From NCBI RefSeq assembly GCF_037042905.1, contig NC_087245.1, positions 11,844,001 to 11,908,000 of the forward strand: a stretch of DNA of 64,000 nucleotides, written 5' to 3'. Below the pieces are notes generated by a model, which was not told the DNA's origin, did not search any database, and saw only the letters and a list, made by a program, of their open reading frames with translations. The position numbers and the translations under genes are program-made. Source of the stretch: Lytechinus pictus. Lineage: Eukaryota. This document shows, in pieces, positions 40,201-52,200 of this stretch (the first letter of the stretch is position 1; the number at the start of each line of letters is the position of its first letter).

Positions 40201-43200
40201 CTGCTAAGTTTTGTGTTACGGGCCCCTGGACTCTATTTGCAATGCAGGGAATCAGTTAACCCTATGATTACCTCATACATCGTACATGTACATGTTCAAA
40301 TTTTCTCTTTCTGTAGTACAGAAACGAGATGGACAACAGTATTGCATTAGACTGTGGAATGGGCAAGGAAAATGTCTCTAGTTTTTAATTTCCGTGGGGC
40401 AGCAAATGCAACCACGGTTCTTGGACATGATAATATGTAAAATATTATGTGTGAATACATGCAATATGTTGCCATCACTGAATTCTGCTCCTGAACTCAA
40501 AATTAAAATAATAATATGCGAATTCGTACCACTGATTCGACTGGAAATCCCGCCATTCACCCTGTGTGTTAAGGACTTCCGCGAACGTGCGCAAGCGTGT
40601 ACAATGCATGTAACCTCATTCACGGTTATTTATTTTTTATTCGCTGTATAATATAGAATCTACGATGGCAGATAAGATGTCGTCGTCTTCATCGTGTTTT
40701 GACAGCAAAAATGACGTTTTACCACCAGCAAATAAATGCTACATGCACGTCTTATCCAAGGAGAGAGGGCCAGTAAATTTCTTTCAAGTAAATAAGAGCT
40801 GGAACAAATTTAAGCCTTTGCTGCATTCGCTGGTGTAGACTACCTGGGACTTAGGAATAAAAATCTATAACATAAGTTTGATCCATTCGGATCTTTCTGC
40901 AATGCTGGTCGGGCCGGGCTGCAAGTCAATTGCAAACTTCTCTGCTGCACGAATAGCTATTTTTATTCCGAAGTCCCAGGTAGTCTACACCAGCGAATGC
41001 AGTGAAGGCTTAAATTTGTTCCAGCTCTTATTTACTTGAAAGAAATTTACTGGCCCTCTCTCCTTGGGTAAGACGTGCATGTAGCATATTTGCTGGTGGT
41101 ATAACGTCATTTTCGCTGTCAAAACACGACAAAGACAACGACATCTTATCTGCCATCGTAGCTTCTATATTATACAGCGAATAGAAAATAAATAACCGCG
41201 AATGAGGTTACATGCATTGTACACGCTTGCGCACGTTCGCGGAAGTCCTTAACACACAGGGTGAATGGCGGGATTTCCAGTCGAATCAGTGGTACGAATT
41301 CGCATATTATTATTTTAATTTTGAGTTCAGGAGCAGAATTCAGTGATGGCAACATGTTGCATGTATTCCCACATAATATTTTACATATTATCATGTCCAA
41401 GAACCGTGGTCGCATTTGCTGCCCCACGGAAAGTCACAATTTTAGCGACTATCCTACAGTCTACATGTAGGATTCAGCTGTCCCAGCCAAATCAAAATTG
41501 ATCTATTTCTGGCTACATTATCTATTTATAACATCAACAAGGTCAAGCTACTGTAGTCGTCATGGTAATAACAAACATGGGTAAACAGCTGGATTAAAGC
41601 TCAATCCTAGTCTTAATAGCACCTGAATAACAATTTCTTATACTTTCTTGTCTTCAGGCAAATTCCAGAACGGTAAACAGACAAAGAGGCCAAAGTAAGA
41701 TGCAGCATGGTTGTCCATGTGACAAGATTAAAAACAATAGGCTAAATAAAATGTCATTATATAGTTCCTTGGCAATTAAATTCCCTGTGAATTTTAACTA
41801 CATTGAATACCAGTTTTAATTGCTCCCCCCAATAATGATACAAAAAGCTAAGAAAAATCACATATCTTAGGGTTAAGGCCTGCACTAGACCTTTACAAAC
41901 ATGTACATGCAGTTATACAATGAATGTTACCAAATAAATTCACACATTTCAGAAATTCATCAAAATTCATATGGCACTTGCAGTATACATGAGAACTTTC
42001 ATATAACAGAATAACAATAATGATGGTGTGAGGGCGCTGTTAAGCAGCTAGCACCGGTTTTATATCTCTCTTACCAGCATTATATTTTTACCTGGATTTT
42101 TCAACATTTTTATTTGACTTTCAGTTTTGGATCATATGTTGATGTTCATTTGACTTTATGGATACTTACTATCATATTTTGTGAGTGTTTTGTGGTTTTA
42201 TCTCCATCATTTTTTGACATTACATTCTTGCTGTGTCGTGAGTATATCCCGAATGTACAGTAACATGATATACATACGTCAATACGCTAACTACGTTTGT
42301 AACCCGGCATTTGGTCAGTTCGGACCCTTGACATTGATCGTTCTGGCCGGCATTGTTGTGTCCGCGAATGCCATGGCCATGGACAATAGTCACCCTCCGG
42401 ACAATAGTCCAATTTGCTATACAAGAGACGAGCTTTTAAAGCTTCGAATTTTGCCTCAACCGAGACCTCGTTTGGACCAAGAAGTTTTTTCTACTATACA
42501 GACTCTTGGAATCGCCCGCAAACGAGGGTGTCGTGCAGGAAGGAAAGTTCACCGGCCAATACGAGTTGTTCACTCGTATCCTCGAAAGCAGTTTGACCCA
42601 GCTCTGTTTATCCGACCAAGAACTTTGAGGTACATCAGTAGTGAGTATTATCAGAGCTCACATCGCCAATTATTACCCTCTATATTTTTGACTAATGCAC
42701 GATCACTATGCAACAAATTCGATGATTTCCAAGCAACTATTCTTGCACAGTATTCTGACGTCAGTTTGATTGCAGTCACTGAGACCTGGCTCACCCCAGA
42801 TAAACCGTCATCCTGCTTTGATTTGCCCTCCTTTACTCTTCATCGATCTGATCGTGTTGATAGAGCTGGGGGAGGAATATTATTATATACGAGGAATGAC
42901 ATTAATTGCCGACAAGTGTTTGAAGACTCGGTCCCTAAACATCTTTAAATTTTGTGGGTTAAACTAACTTCCTCTCCCACAATTCGTTTAGGAAAGAGCA
43001 TTTATGTGTGCGTTGTATATGCTCCACCGAGGTCTCCACATCATCAGGAAACAATTGATCACATTATCCAGATAGTAGATGTGATTAATTCTACTGAGGA
43101 TGCCCTGATTCTGATCTTGGGTGATTTTAATGACATGCCAACTGAAGATCTTGTTCAACAGGCTCTATTGACTCAGCTGGTAACATTGCCGACCAGAGGC

Positions 43201-46200
43201 AATGCCATCTTGGACAAAGTCTTGACGAATCTTCCAGACGTTTTTAATGAACCTGTTGTTCATTCACCAATTGCGTCCAGTGACCATCGTGTCGTCGTAG
43301 TCCGTCCTTATGACGCAATTCAGTCTGAGAAGGCTACCAAGGTGAAACTTAGGCCTTTCCGAGATTCATCTATTCGAATGTTTGGACAGTGGATCACCGA
43401 ATTTGACTGGACTGAGCTCACCGATGCTGAAAATGTTGATGAAATGGTGGAGATTCTCCATAGCACACTTATGATGCAGTATAAGCGTTGTTTCCCAGAG
43501 ATATCAATTAGGAGAAGAGTTCGAGACAAACCATGGTTCAACAGCAGCATCCGTAGCCTCATCGAACAACGTGAAATCGCACACAGGAGTGTAGATTTGG
43601 ATCGCTATCATCTACTACGAAATAGAGTTCAACGTGCAATTTCTCGAGCCAAAGCAAAGTATTTCCGTAGAAAGGTTGAACATCTCAAGAGCTCAGAGCC
43701 AGGAAAATGGCACAGACCAACCAAAAAATTACACAGGGGCGGCGGGCGAATTCGCCCCGGAAAGTCCAAAAAGAGCCCCGGAAAAGGGCTAAAAACATTC
43801 ACACGAGGGCGACTGCAAAACTCATAATCGCCCCCGTCAACACTGTATATCTATGTAGCATTTCATGCATACGTACGTGATTGCATTTAAATTATACATT
43901 ATACATTATATTGCATTTAAATGTGTACTTGTTTGCATTTGCGTGTGACCGCTTATATTACAATCTTGAGCTGTTTCCTACGCGCACACCAATTGTGCTA
44001 CAAAATCCCAAACTCATTGCCCGACTGCAGTTGCGAACATCACGTATATATGTACGTAAATCACCGCGGAGCTGCCCGCAGAGTCACACAAGCAAATACA
44101 AGATACAGTGGCACAAGAACATTGCTCATTTCAGCGCACGCGAGTCCATCATAGGATCGTGTCAGCTAAGAGAACTTACCTGTGAATCTCTGTTTACGGG
44201 CGTGAATAGTGCATGTGGTACATGTGCCTATGAATTCGAGATGGTACCGGTACGTACTTCTCGCTAGCTCGCGCCGCGCTGCTTCGAAGCTTCGTCGCGA
44301 TCGCATGTACAGTACACGCGTATGATTACATCGTATATGCTAGCTACCGTGTATATATATACGTACTGTACTATACTGTAGTGTTCATGCTCTTAGCTAG
44401 CTCTGTTAGACTACTCTATAGATAGATTTCGTAATTGTAACTAGCTCGAAATTGAGGGGGAGACAAGGAAATATGTCATACTAATGATACTTTCACATCT
44501 CCCCCTCAATTTTGTTTGTAAATAATGAAAATGTAACTGATGTTAAATTATACTGGAAGAAGAGACAGTAGAGTAGTAGACAAAATTCACTAGAATTATT
44601 AGAATAAATCAGTACATCTTGTTAAAGCAGAGCCTGCAGCAGAGCAGCCCTGCACTGCTGACCAGCATCCCTTCAATGTGGCACACACACACACACACAC
44701 ACACAAACGCAAAAAAGCCGCGAAATAGCTTCAGAAATTGTAGCCCTGGAAAGTGGAAAAAGAGCCCTGGAAAATGAAAAAGTAGCCCTGGAAAATTTTT
44801 AAGTTTTTCCAAAAAGAGCCCTGGAAAGAAAAAAAGTAATTTTTTGGTTGGCACAGACAAGTAAGATCCTTAACGGGAATGAAAAAGAAGCCCTCTTTCA
44901 ACATTGGTCAAGCAGATAAATCCAACCGGGAAATAGCGAATGATATAAATCGGCATTTTTCCTCAATCTGCAACACACTACCACCACTGGACTTGACAAC
45001 TCTTTCGGCATATCTTCCAGCACCTACATCTCCGCCCCCTATTCGCGAGAGGGAAGTGTCACGTCGCTTAAAAAGCCTTAACTCTTCTAAGGCACCTCAT
45101 CCAAACGACGTCCCTACTCGCATATTTAAGGAATTTGCGCCGGAAATAGCCACACCTCTTTCCTTGATCTTCAATAAATGCCTGAAGAACGGATATTTTC
45201 CGGAGAAGTGGAAGTGTGCATCTGTTACAGCGATCCCCAAGTCTACACGCGTTACAGGTTATGATCAACTTAGACCTATCTCTATCACGTCTGTTCTTGC
45301 TAGAGTTTTTGAGAGTTTCCTCGCCGACTGGTTAATGAATGACCTTAAACCCCACATTGATTCATCGCAGTTTGGCAATATAAGAGGGAGTTCTGTTAAC
45401 CACTATCTTGTCTCTATGCTGGACGTCATCTATAAGAATCTTGAGCAACGTGGATGGTATGCCAACATCTGCACTATTGACTTCACCAAAGCATTTGACC
45501 TTGTGAATCATTCGAAGGTCATTGAGAAGTTGATCCAACTTGGAGTTGATCCTTCAATAATACCGATTGTTTGTAGTTTTCTGTCCGACCGTCACCAAGT
45601 GGTCCGACACCAGGGACAGACATCCAATCCGATGAGCCTGTCATGCGGAGTGCCTCAGGGTACTAAGTTGGGACCGATTCTTTTCCTTGCTCTTGTTAAC
45701 GATGCTGCCCTATCTACACCATATAGATGGAAGTATGTCGACGACATGAGTTTGGTAGATGTATTATCTACAAATCAGCAAAGTAACATCCAGGATCACG
45801 TTGATGAACTCGGGGAATGGTGCGCCTTAAATGACGTCACGCCAAAGCCTGAAAAATGTCAAGTTATGCAGGTGTCTTTCTTGAAGAATCCTCCTCCCAT
45901 GTTGGATATCACCATCGCAGATGTTCACCTTAAACACGTTGATTCTCTGACACTACTCGGTGTAGCGATTCGTTCAGATCTTAAATGGGACGATCAGGTC
46001 CAACAGATGACATCACGGGCTGCGCGGAGACTTTACATTCTGTGTGTTCTAAAGAAATTCGGAATCGACAAGCATGATCTTGTGACCATCTACAAAGCTT
46101 ACATCCGTCCTCTTGTAGAGTTTGGTGTCCCTGTTTGGGGCTCAGGAATTACGAAGAAGCAGAGTGATGCAATTGAACGGATCCAAAAACGTGCGCTTTG

Positions 46201-49200
46201 TTTCATTGTGTACCCGTCTCCCCTCTCATATGCACAACGGCTTGATCTTTTTAAGTTGCCTATGTTGTGTGAGCGCAGGAATGATCTTCTTCTGCGATTT
46301 GGACGTGGTCTTCTGAAATCTGATCGCCATCGTGTCATGCTACCGGACACTCGTCAAAGCATCTCTAATCGTAGTTCAGGATTAAGAAATGCTCATCTAC
46401 TCCACTTGCCACGTTGCAAAACCCAACGATACAAGAACTCTGCGATTCCCTCCTTAACTAGAATGCTAAATTCCAACATGTAGTTTTATGCTAATAATCA
46501 GTATGTTGTGTAGGCCAAGAATATCCATCTCTGTTTATCTCTAAAAAAATATATAATTGTATTTGGTGAAATAATAACGTTTTTACCCTCATTTTTTTAT
46601 TTCTTTCATATGCTTGATTGCTAGATAAGTTATCACTTGATGTTTCTAACTATTAAAGAAAAAAAAAAAATTCCGTAATCATAAACAAGTTTACATAAAA
46701 AAAGAAATCTTACGGCTATTAAACACCGTAAAACAATATCACAATTAAATACGAAGATAAAATTCTTAAATTCCTGAGAATTTAATTGAATATAGATGTT
46801 TCTTTTTGTTTCATTTTTCATCAATTTGAATAACATCTAACTCGGCCAATTGGATATACATGCAATATAATACTACATTATGTAGTTTATCTAGCTAATA
46901 ATGACTTATGTGTTTGATGATTATGATTATGATAATGATATTGATCCCTATGTAAATGGTAACTGTTAAATGGTAAGGATTATAATAATATAGCATAATA
47001 ATACATGTAGTGACATACAGTGATAATAATGATATAATCTATAATAATACAATTTACAGTGCTCTATGCCTTATTTTCCGTATGTCAGATGTCCTACATT
47101 AGCCTTAAAATTATATTTTAAAAACATAATTCCATATTTATTTCTCAATGTGAACCTTCCACTTTGCGATTTAATTTTATAACCCAATCACAACCTTCTT
47201 CACAACTTACAGATTTGTTTATTGAATTTAGTGCATGTATTTCAGTTATCATTTCCATATTATAGCTTTTATTTATAAATATCTTTGGAATATATTTTGT
47301 AACGTGCTCTCATCTATAATTTCCTTGTAAGTGCAATATACCAACATCAATTAATTAATTGTTACTTTACATTATTTGACTATTTCATTTCACTTATGTA
47401 ACTATGAAATTTATGTTTACATTGTAATCTTTGATTGTATCAGTCTCCCGACTGTTTTTACCAAGGAAGTTTTTGTACAATAAACCGAAATGAATGAATG
47501 AATGAATGATGATAATAACAATAATAAACAAATTTGTCATTGTCATATTTAACAAATCATGATATCAAAACGAAAGTTAAATGTGGATTAAATCATTTCT
47601 GAGCACACTCACCTTAATTAGTTGGTCATCTAAAGATGTTGCATGTTGAGCATCTTGTAAAGCTTCTGCATACTTGTCCAGCATCATGTAGGCAGCTGCA
47701 CGGTTTGTATAATAGCTTGCACATGATGGGTATAAATCTGGACGAGAAAACAATGAATTACCAGGGAGCTGTTTCACCAAGAGTAAACAGTGACTGAAAA
47801 TCAAGCTTATCACTAACATGCGCATTACATCAATTGAATAATTAACTGGTACTAGTATCCCTACACATTATCTAAAAGCTGTCTCACAATATCCGGTGCG
47901 ACTTGATTTTTAAAGAAATCACATTTTGCATTAAATATAAAAGTTCCAAGAAGTAAAATTATTTCATTTAAAGTTTGGCATATTGTTAGGAAAACTAAAA
48001 TCATATTCTTACTTTGCGGTAAGCCCTATGGTCGGAGTAAAGTTCAAATTGGCTTCAAGTCGCAGTCAATGATGATGTCATTACGATTTGGAATTGAATT
48101 TGTTTTTATTCATTCAGGGAGATTCAGTAGTCCTACCACTATTCTGAACTCTGATCCGTAATATTTCATTAGCTGGAATATCCATATCAAATGTTATCAC
48201 AATTAGTTTGAAATTCAGATCACAGTGAATTACATAGTGTGAGACAGGCTTGACATATTATGTTATAATAGAGTAGAGTTATACCACGCACAACTAGGAG
48301 TTCATCTTATGGGTTTCAAACTAGTGTGGTACACTCAAGGATTTTTTTCTTTTGGTTTAAAAAGGTTTTACCTTTCAAAATAAAACAACCATTGCCTCGA
48401 AATAGGTCAAGCAACTGATAACTTTACAATTATTTAAAGCTAATGGATGGAGAATTTTGGTACATTGCCTTATTTTGTGGTCTACAATACTTTAACCATT
48501 CCGGTGCATGTATCTTTGGTATATTTTTTTGTCTTTTCACAACATGTGAGTGAATAATTAGTGAGTAGATAATGAGTGACACAACTCCTGCGACAATTGT
48601 CCCAAACTAAAGGCCAAGGTTAAATTTCAAGTTTCATATCATTAAAAAAAATCATGAGAGCAACTGTCACAAGAGCAAATACCATGGAATCAAGATGTAG
48701 CTACTGCTTTTTAAAAAAGGATGAAAAGTGATATCATTTAAAATAGTACACAAGCGAGAAAAACAAAGTGAGCCAATATTGCTTACCGTAATTATGAATA
48801 TTATATTATTGAATTATCAGGATACTTTATGACTTTTTGTGAAAATTTCAAAACTTGATGGTGACTGTTTCTTTGTGAAGTATTTCTGGAAGTTGTCTTT
48901 GATTTAAAAGACAATAATTTTTTTATCTTCTGAACATAAATATATGTACAAACCCATCCAATGGACATGAAAGACAATTTTGAAGATAATGAAAATCGTA
49001 TAGCAGACAAGACTATACAATCTACATGATACTTGATAAGATGTCATTAGCACCTGATTAATTCCTGGCGGGTGTTTCATAAAGCTGTTCGTAAGTTAAG
49101 AGCGACTTTAAGAACGACTGGTGATCCTTTCTTACGCGCGTAACCATCGCTAATGAATATACCATTTACCACAATAAAGGATCACCAGTCGTTCTTAAAG

Positions 49201-52200
49201 TCGCTCTTAACTTACGAACAGCTTTATGAAACGGCCCCCTGTATTATGAACTAGCCAACTATCCAACCATCATCTTGTCTAGCCTTGTCCTCTGTATCAC
49301 ACTACATTTATCTTCAGGATACTTACTAATTGCCTCTGAGTAAAATTTGATGGCTTGATGGTATTCCTTTTTCTTGTACCAAGTGTTTCCTTCATTCTTT
49401 TTGGCCTCTGCAAGACTGAAAAACACAAGAACTGTTAATCAACAAACACATCATAAGTCTAGATATAGCGCCTACTTTACATTTCATCTGTGAGGCCATG
49501 TCAATCAAATTCAATTCATTTATTTTCACTGCATAAATATAACATACATAAAACTTACAAAGTAAAAAAAATGACAATACTTTAAAAACATAGAATCTAC
49601 GGAGCGTGGACTGTTAATAAAGAGATGACAGATATTACTAGTTCGACAAATACATCCAAAATCTAAATATAGGGCCCACTCTACATGTGTGATTAACCAC
49701 TGTCAATCTAATGCTACAATGCAATTAGACTATGGGATGGACAAGGAAAATGTCTCTAGTTTTTCATTTCCGTGGGGCAGCAAAAGCAACCACGGTTCTT
49801 GGACATGATAATAGGTAAAATATTATGAATACATGCAACATGTTGCCATCGCTAAATTTTGCTCCTGAACTAAAAATCAAAATAATAATATGCAAAATCG
49901 TACCATTGATTCGACTGGAAATTCCGCCATTCACCCCGTGTGTTAAGGACTTCCGCGAACGAGCGCAAGCGTGTACAATGCATGTAACCTCGTTCGCGTT
50001 TATTTTTCTTTATTCGCTGTACATGCTATACCGGTACGTTACATACAGAATCTACGATGGGGGATAAGATGTCGTCGTCTTCGTCGTGTTTTGACAGCGA
50101 AAATGACGATTTACCACCAGCAAATACATGCTACATGCACGTCTTACCCAAGGAGAGAGAGCCAGTAAATTTCTTTCAAGTAAAGAGCTAGAACGTATTT
50201 AAGCCTTTGCTGCATTCATTGGTGTAGACTACCTGGGACTTCGCCATAAAAAAAGCTATTCGTGCACAGGTGCGTAGCCAGGGTGGGGGGCGGTGGGGGC
50301 AGTCGGCCCCCCAAAACGTCCCCAAAAAGAAAAAAAAAGAAGGAAAAAAGAGAGGAGAAAAGGAAAAGCGAAGGGAGGAAAGGGAAGAAAGGTAGTTTTG
50401 TGGGTTTTTCTTTTTATTCTTTTTTTTTTTTCTCAAAAAAGAAACTCTGTGACTCTTGCTCTAAATTTATATATGAATTTTGCTTCCGCGCTGTGCGCGG
50501 TTAAATGACAATATTGCAGTTCTCCTTTGTTTCCCTCACCCTTTCTCTAACCCTGTTTTTCCACCTCAGCTATATGTGTTTCTTGCCAGTTAAAGTTCAA
50601 ATGTATACATTAGGGCATGGAATTAGAGTAAGGTTAGGCCGAAGTATATGAATTTATCTTTTTTTTTAAATTGATCGTGCAACTTCTGGTCGGGTCGGCT
50701 CCAGGCGGGTAAAATCTTTATCTCAATTTCACCGTCACCTCCATATAGGCAACTTCTCCCGCTTTTCAACTCATTACTAAACAACCATAATTTGGGGGCA
50801 AACAGGTTCCTAATTTAAAAAGGGGAAGGTATAAAATTTGCGTCGTATTAAATAAAAAAAAGTACAATATTTTTTTATTCAACTTCATGTCATTTCCCTG
50901 CACATTCATCTCCTGTCCTGTTTTGCGCCCTCAGTTTGAAATTTTGAATGACACTTAAGTTTCTTTATCATTCAAAGTGAAGCGCATCAGGATAAGTGAA
51001 AGAAATTATACATCATCCTGTTTTATATAATTTCAATAATCAAAGATGTTTCAACTTTTTGCGCACTATTTTCCTTGTAATGAAGTTCAATAATCTTAGA
51101 AAATTAATTGATTTAGAGCTGATGGGGGTATTAGAGATATCTGCATTTGATGAAACGTCCGCCCTTTGAAATTTCAGAGTTTCATTGCTCTGCTCGGGGA
51201 GGAATATCTTCCTCCCGGCATATATCCTTCTCCTCTGTTTTGCGAGTTAAGATATGCACTGTCGCTAAATTGTTTGTAATCAAAATAACCTTTTCTCGGG
51301 ACCATTTTCTTTGCAAAAAAAAATAAAACGCTTTAGCTTCCGCGCTTCGCGCGGGGTTAATATTATTTTAATTTCCTCCATTTTATCCCTTTTTTGTTCG
51401 TTTTACAATCACTTTTGAAAACAAGGTTCAAAATCACAATATAGTCAAATTAATTGGAGCTGATATAGGTACTAGAGACAAGGGATGCGGCTCCTTTTAT
51501 TTAATTTATGAAACACCGAAAGCTTCGCGCGGGAGGGGGAAACTCCTGCACCCACCCCTAGGGAGCGCGCTCTGTAAGTGTTGGCACGCTTCGCGTGCAT
51601 TTACCACCCCCTCCAAAATGAAATCCTGGCTACGCGGTTGTTCGTGCAGCAGAGAAGTTTGAGATTGAATTGCAGAACATTGTTTAACCTGGCTCTGGGC
51701 AAGATGTACATCTATAACGTTAGTTTGATCCATTCGGATCTTGCTGAAATGCTGGTTGGGCCGGTCTCCCGGGGCCGGGCTGCAAGTCGATCGCAAACTT
51801 CTATTTTTATTCCAAAGTCCCAGGTAGTCTACACCAGCGAATGCAGCAAAGGCTTAAATTTGTTCCAGCTCTTATTTACTTGAAAGAAATTTACTGGCCC
51901 TCTCTCCTTGGGTAAGACGTGCATGTAGCATATTTGCTGGTGGTAAAACATCCTTTTCGCTGTCAAAACATGACAAAGACGACAACATCTTATCTGCCAT
52001 CGTAGCTTCTATATTATACAGTGAATAAAAAAATTAATTAACGCGAACGAGGTTACATGCATTGTACACGCTTGCGCGCATTCGCGGAAGTCCTTAACAC
52101 ACGGGGTGAATGGCGGAATTTCCAGTTGAATCAATGGTACGATTTCGCATATTATTATTTTAATTTTGAGTTCAGGAGCAAAATTTTGCGATGGCAACAT

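Larger units (their letters stand above)
42022..47513 (+). mobile_element. Near full-length non-LTR retrotransposon of the CR1 group (L2/Rex1-Babar/Crack-like), antisense in DNAJC7 intron 3
   Basis: APE motifs ([23 protein letters not shown]...GGG, LGDFN, LDKVLTN, SDH) and RT motifs ([32 protein letters not shown]). The 3' end is AATAAA followed by an (ATGA)n tail. Candidate 12-bp TSD AATAACAATAAT at 42010-42021 and 47514-47525. Confidence 0.92.

Noticed and set aside
40394..41427. Recurrent 85-aa [15 protein letters not shown]... (also 49825 and 52009)
   Set aside because: It lies in transposon TIR arms, starts at GTG and is frameshifted in one copy, so the recurrence reflects the repeat.
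42253..42400. 2A-like ribosome-skipping peptide at the LINE N-terminus
   Set aside because: No D(V/I)ExNPGP motif in the translated frame.
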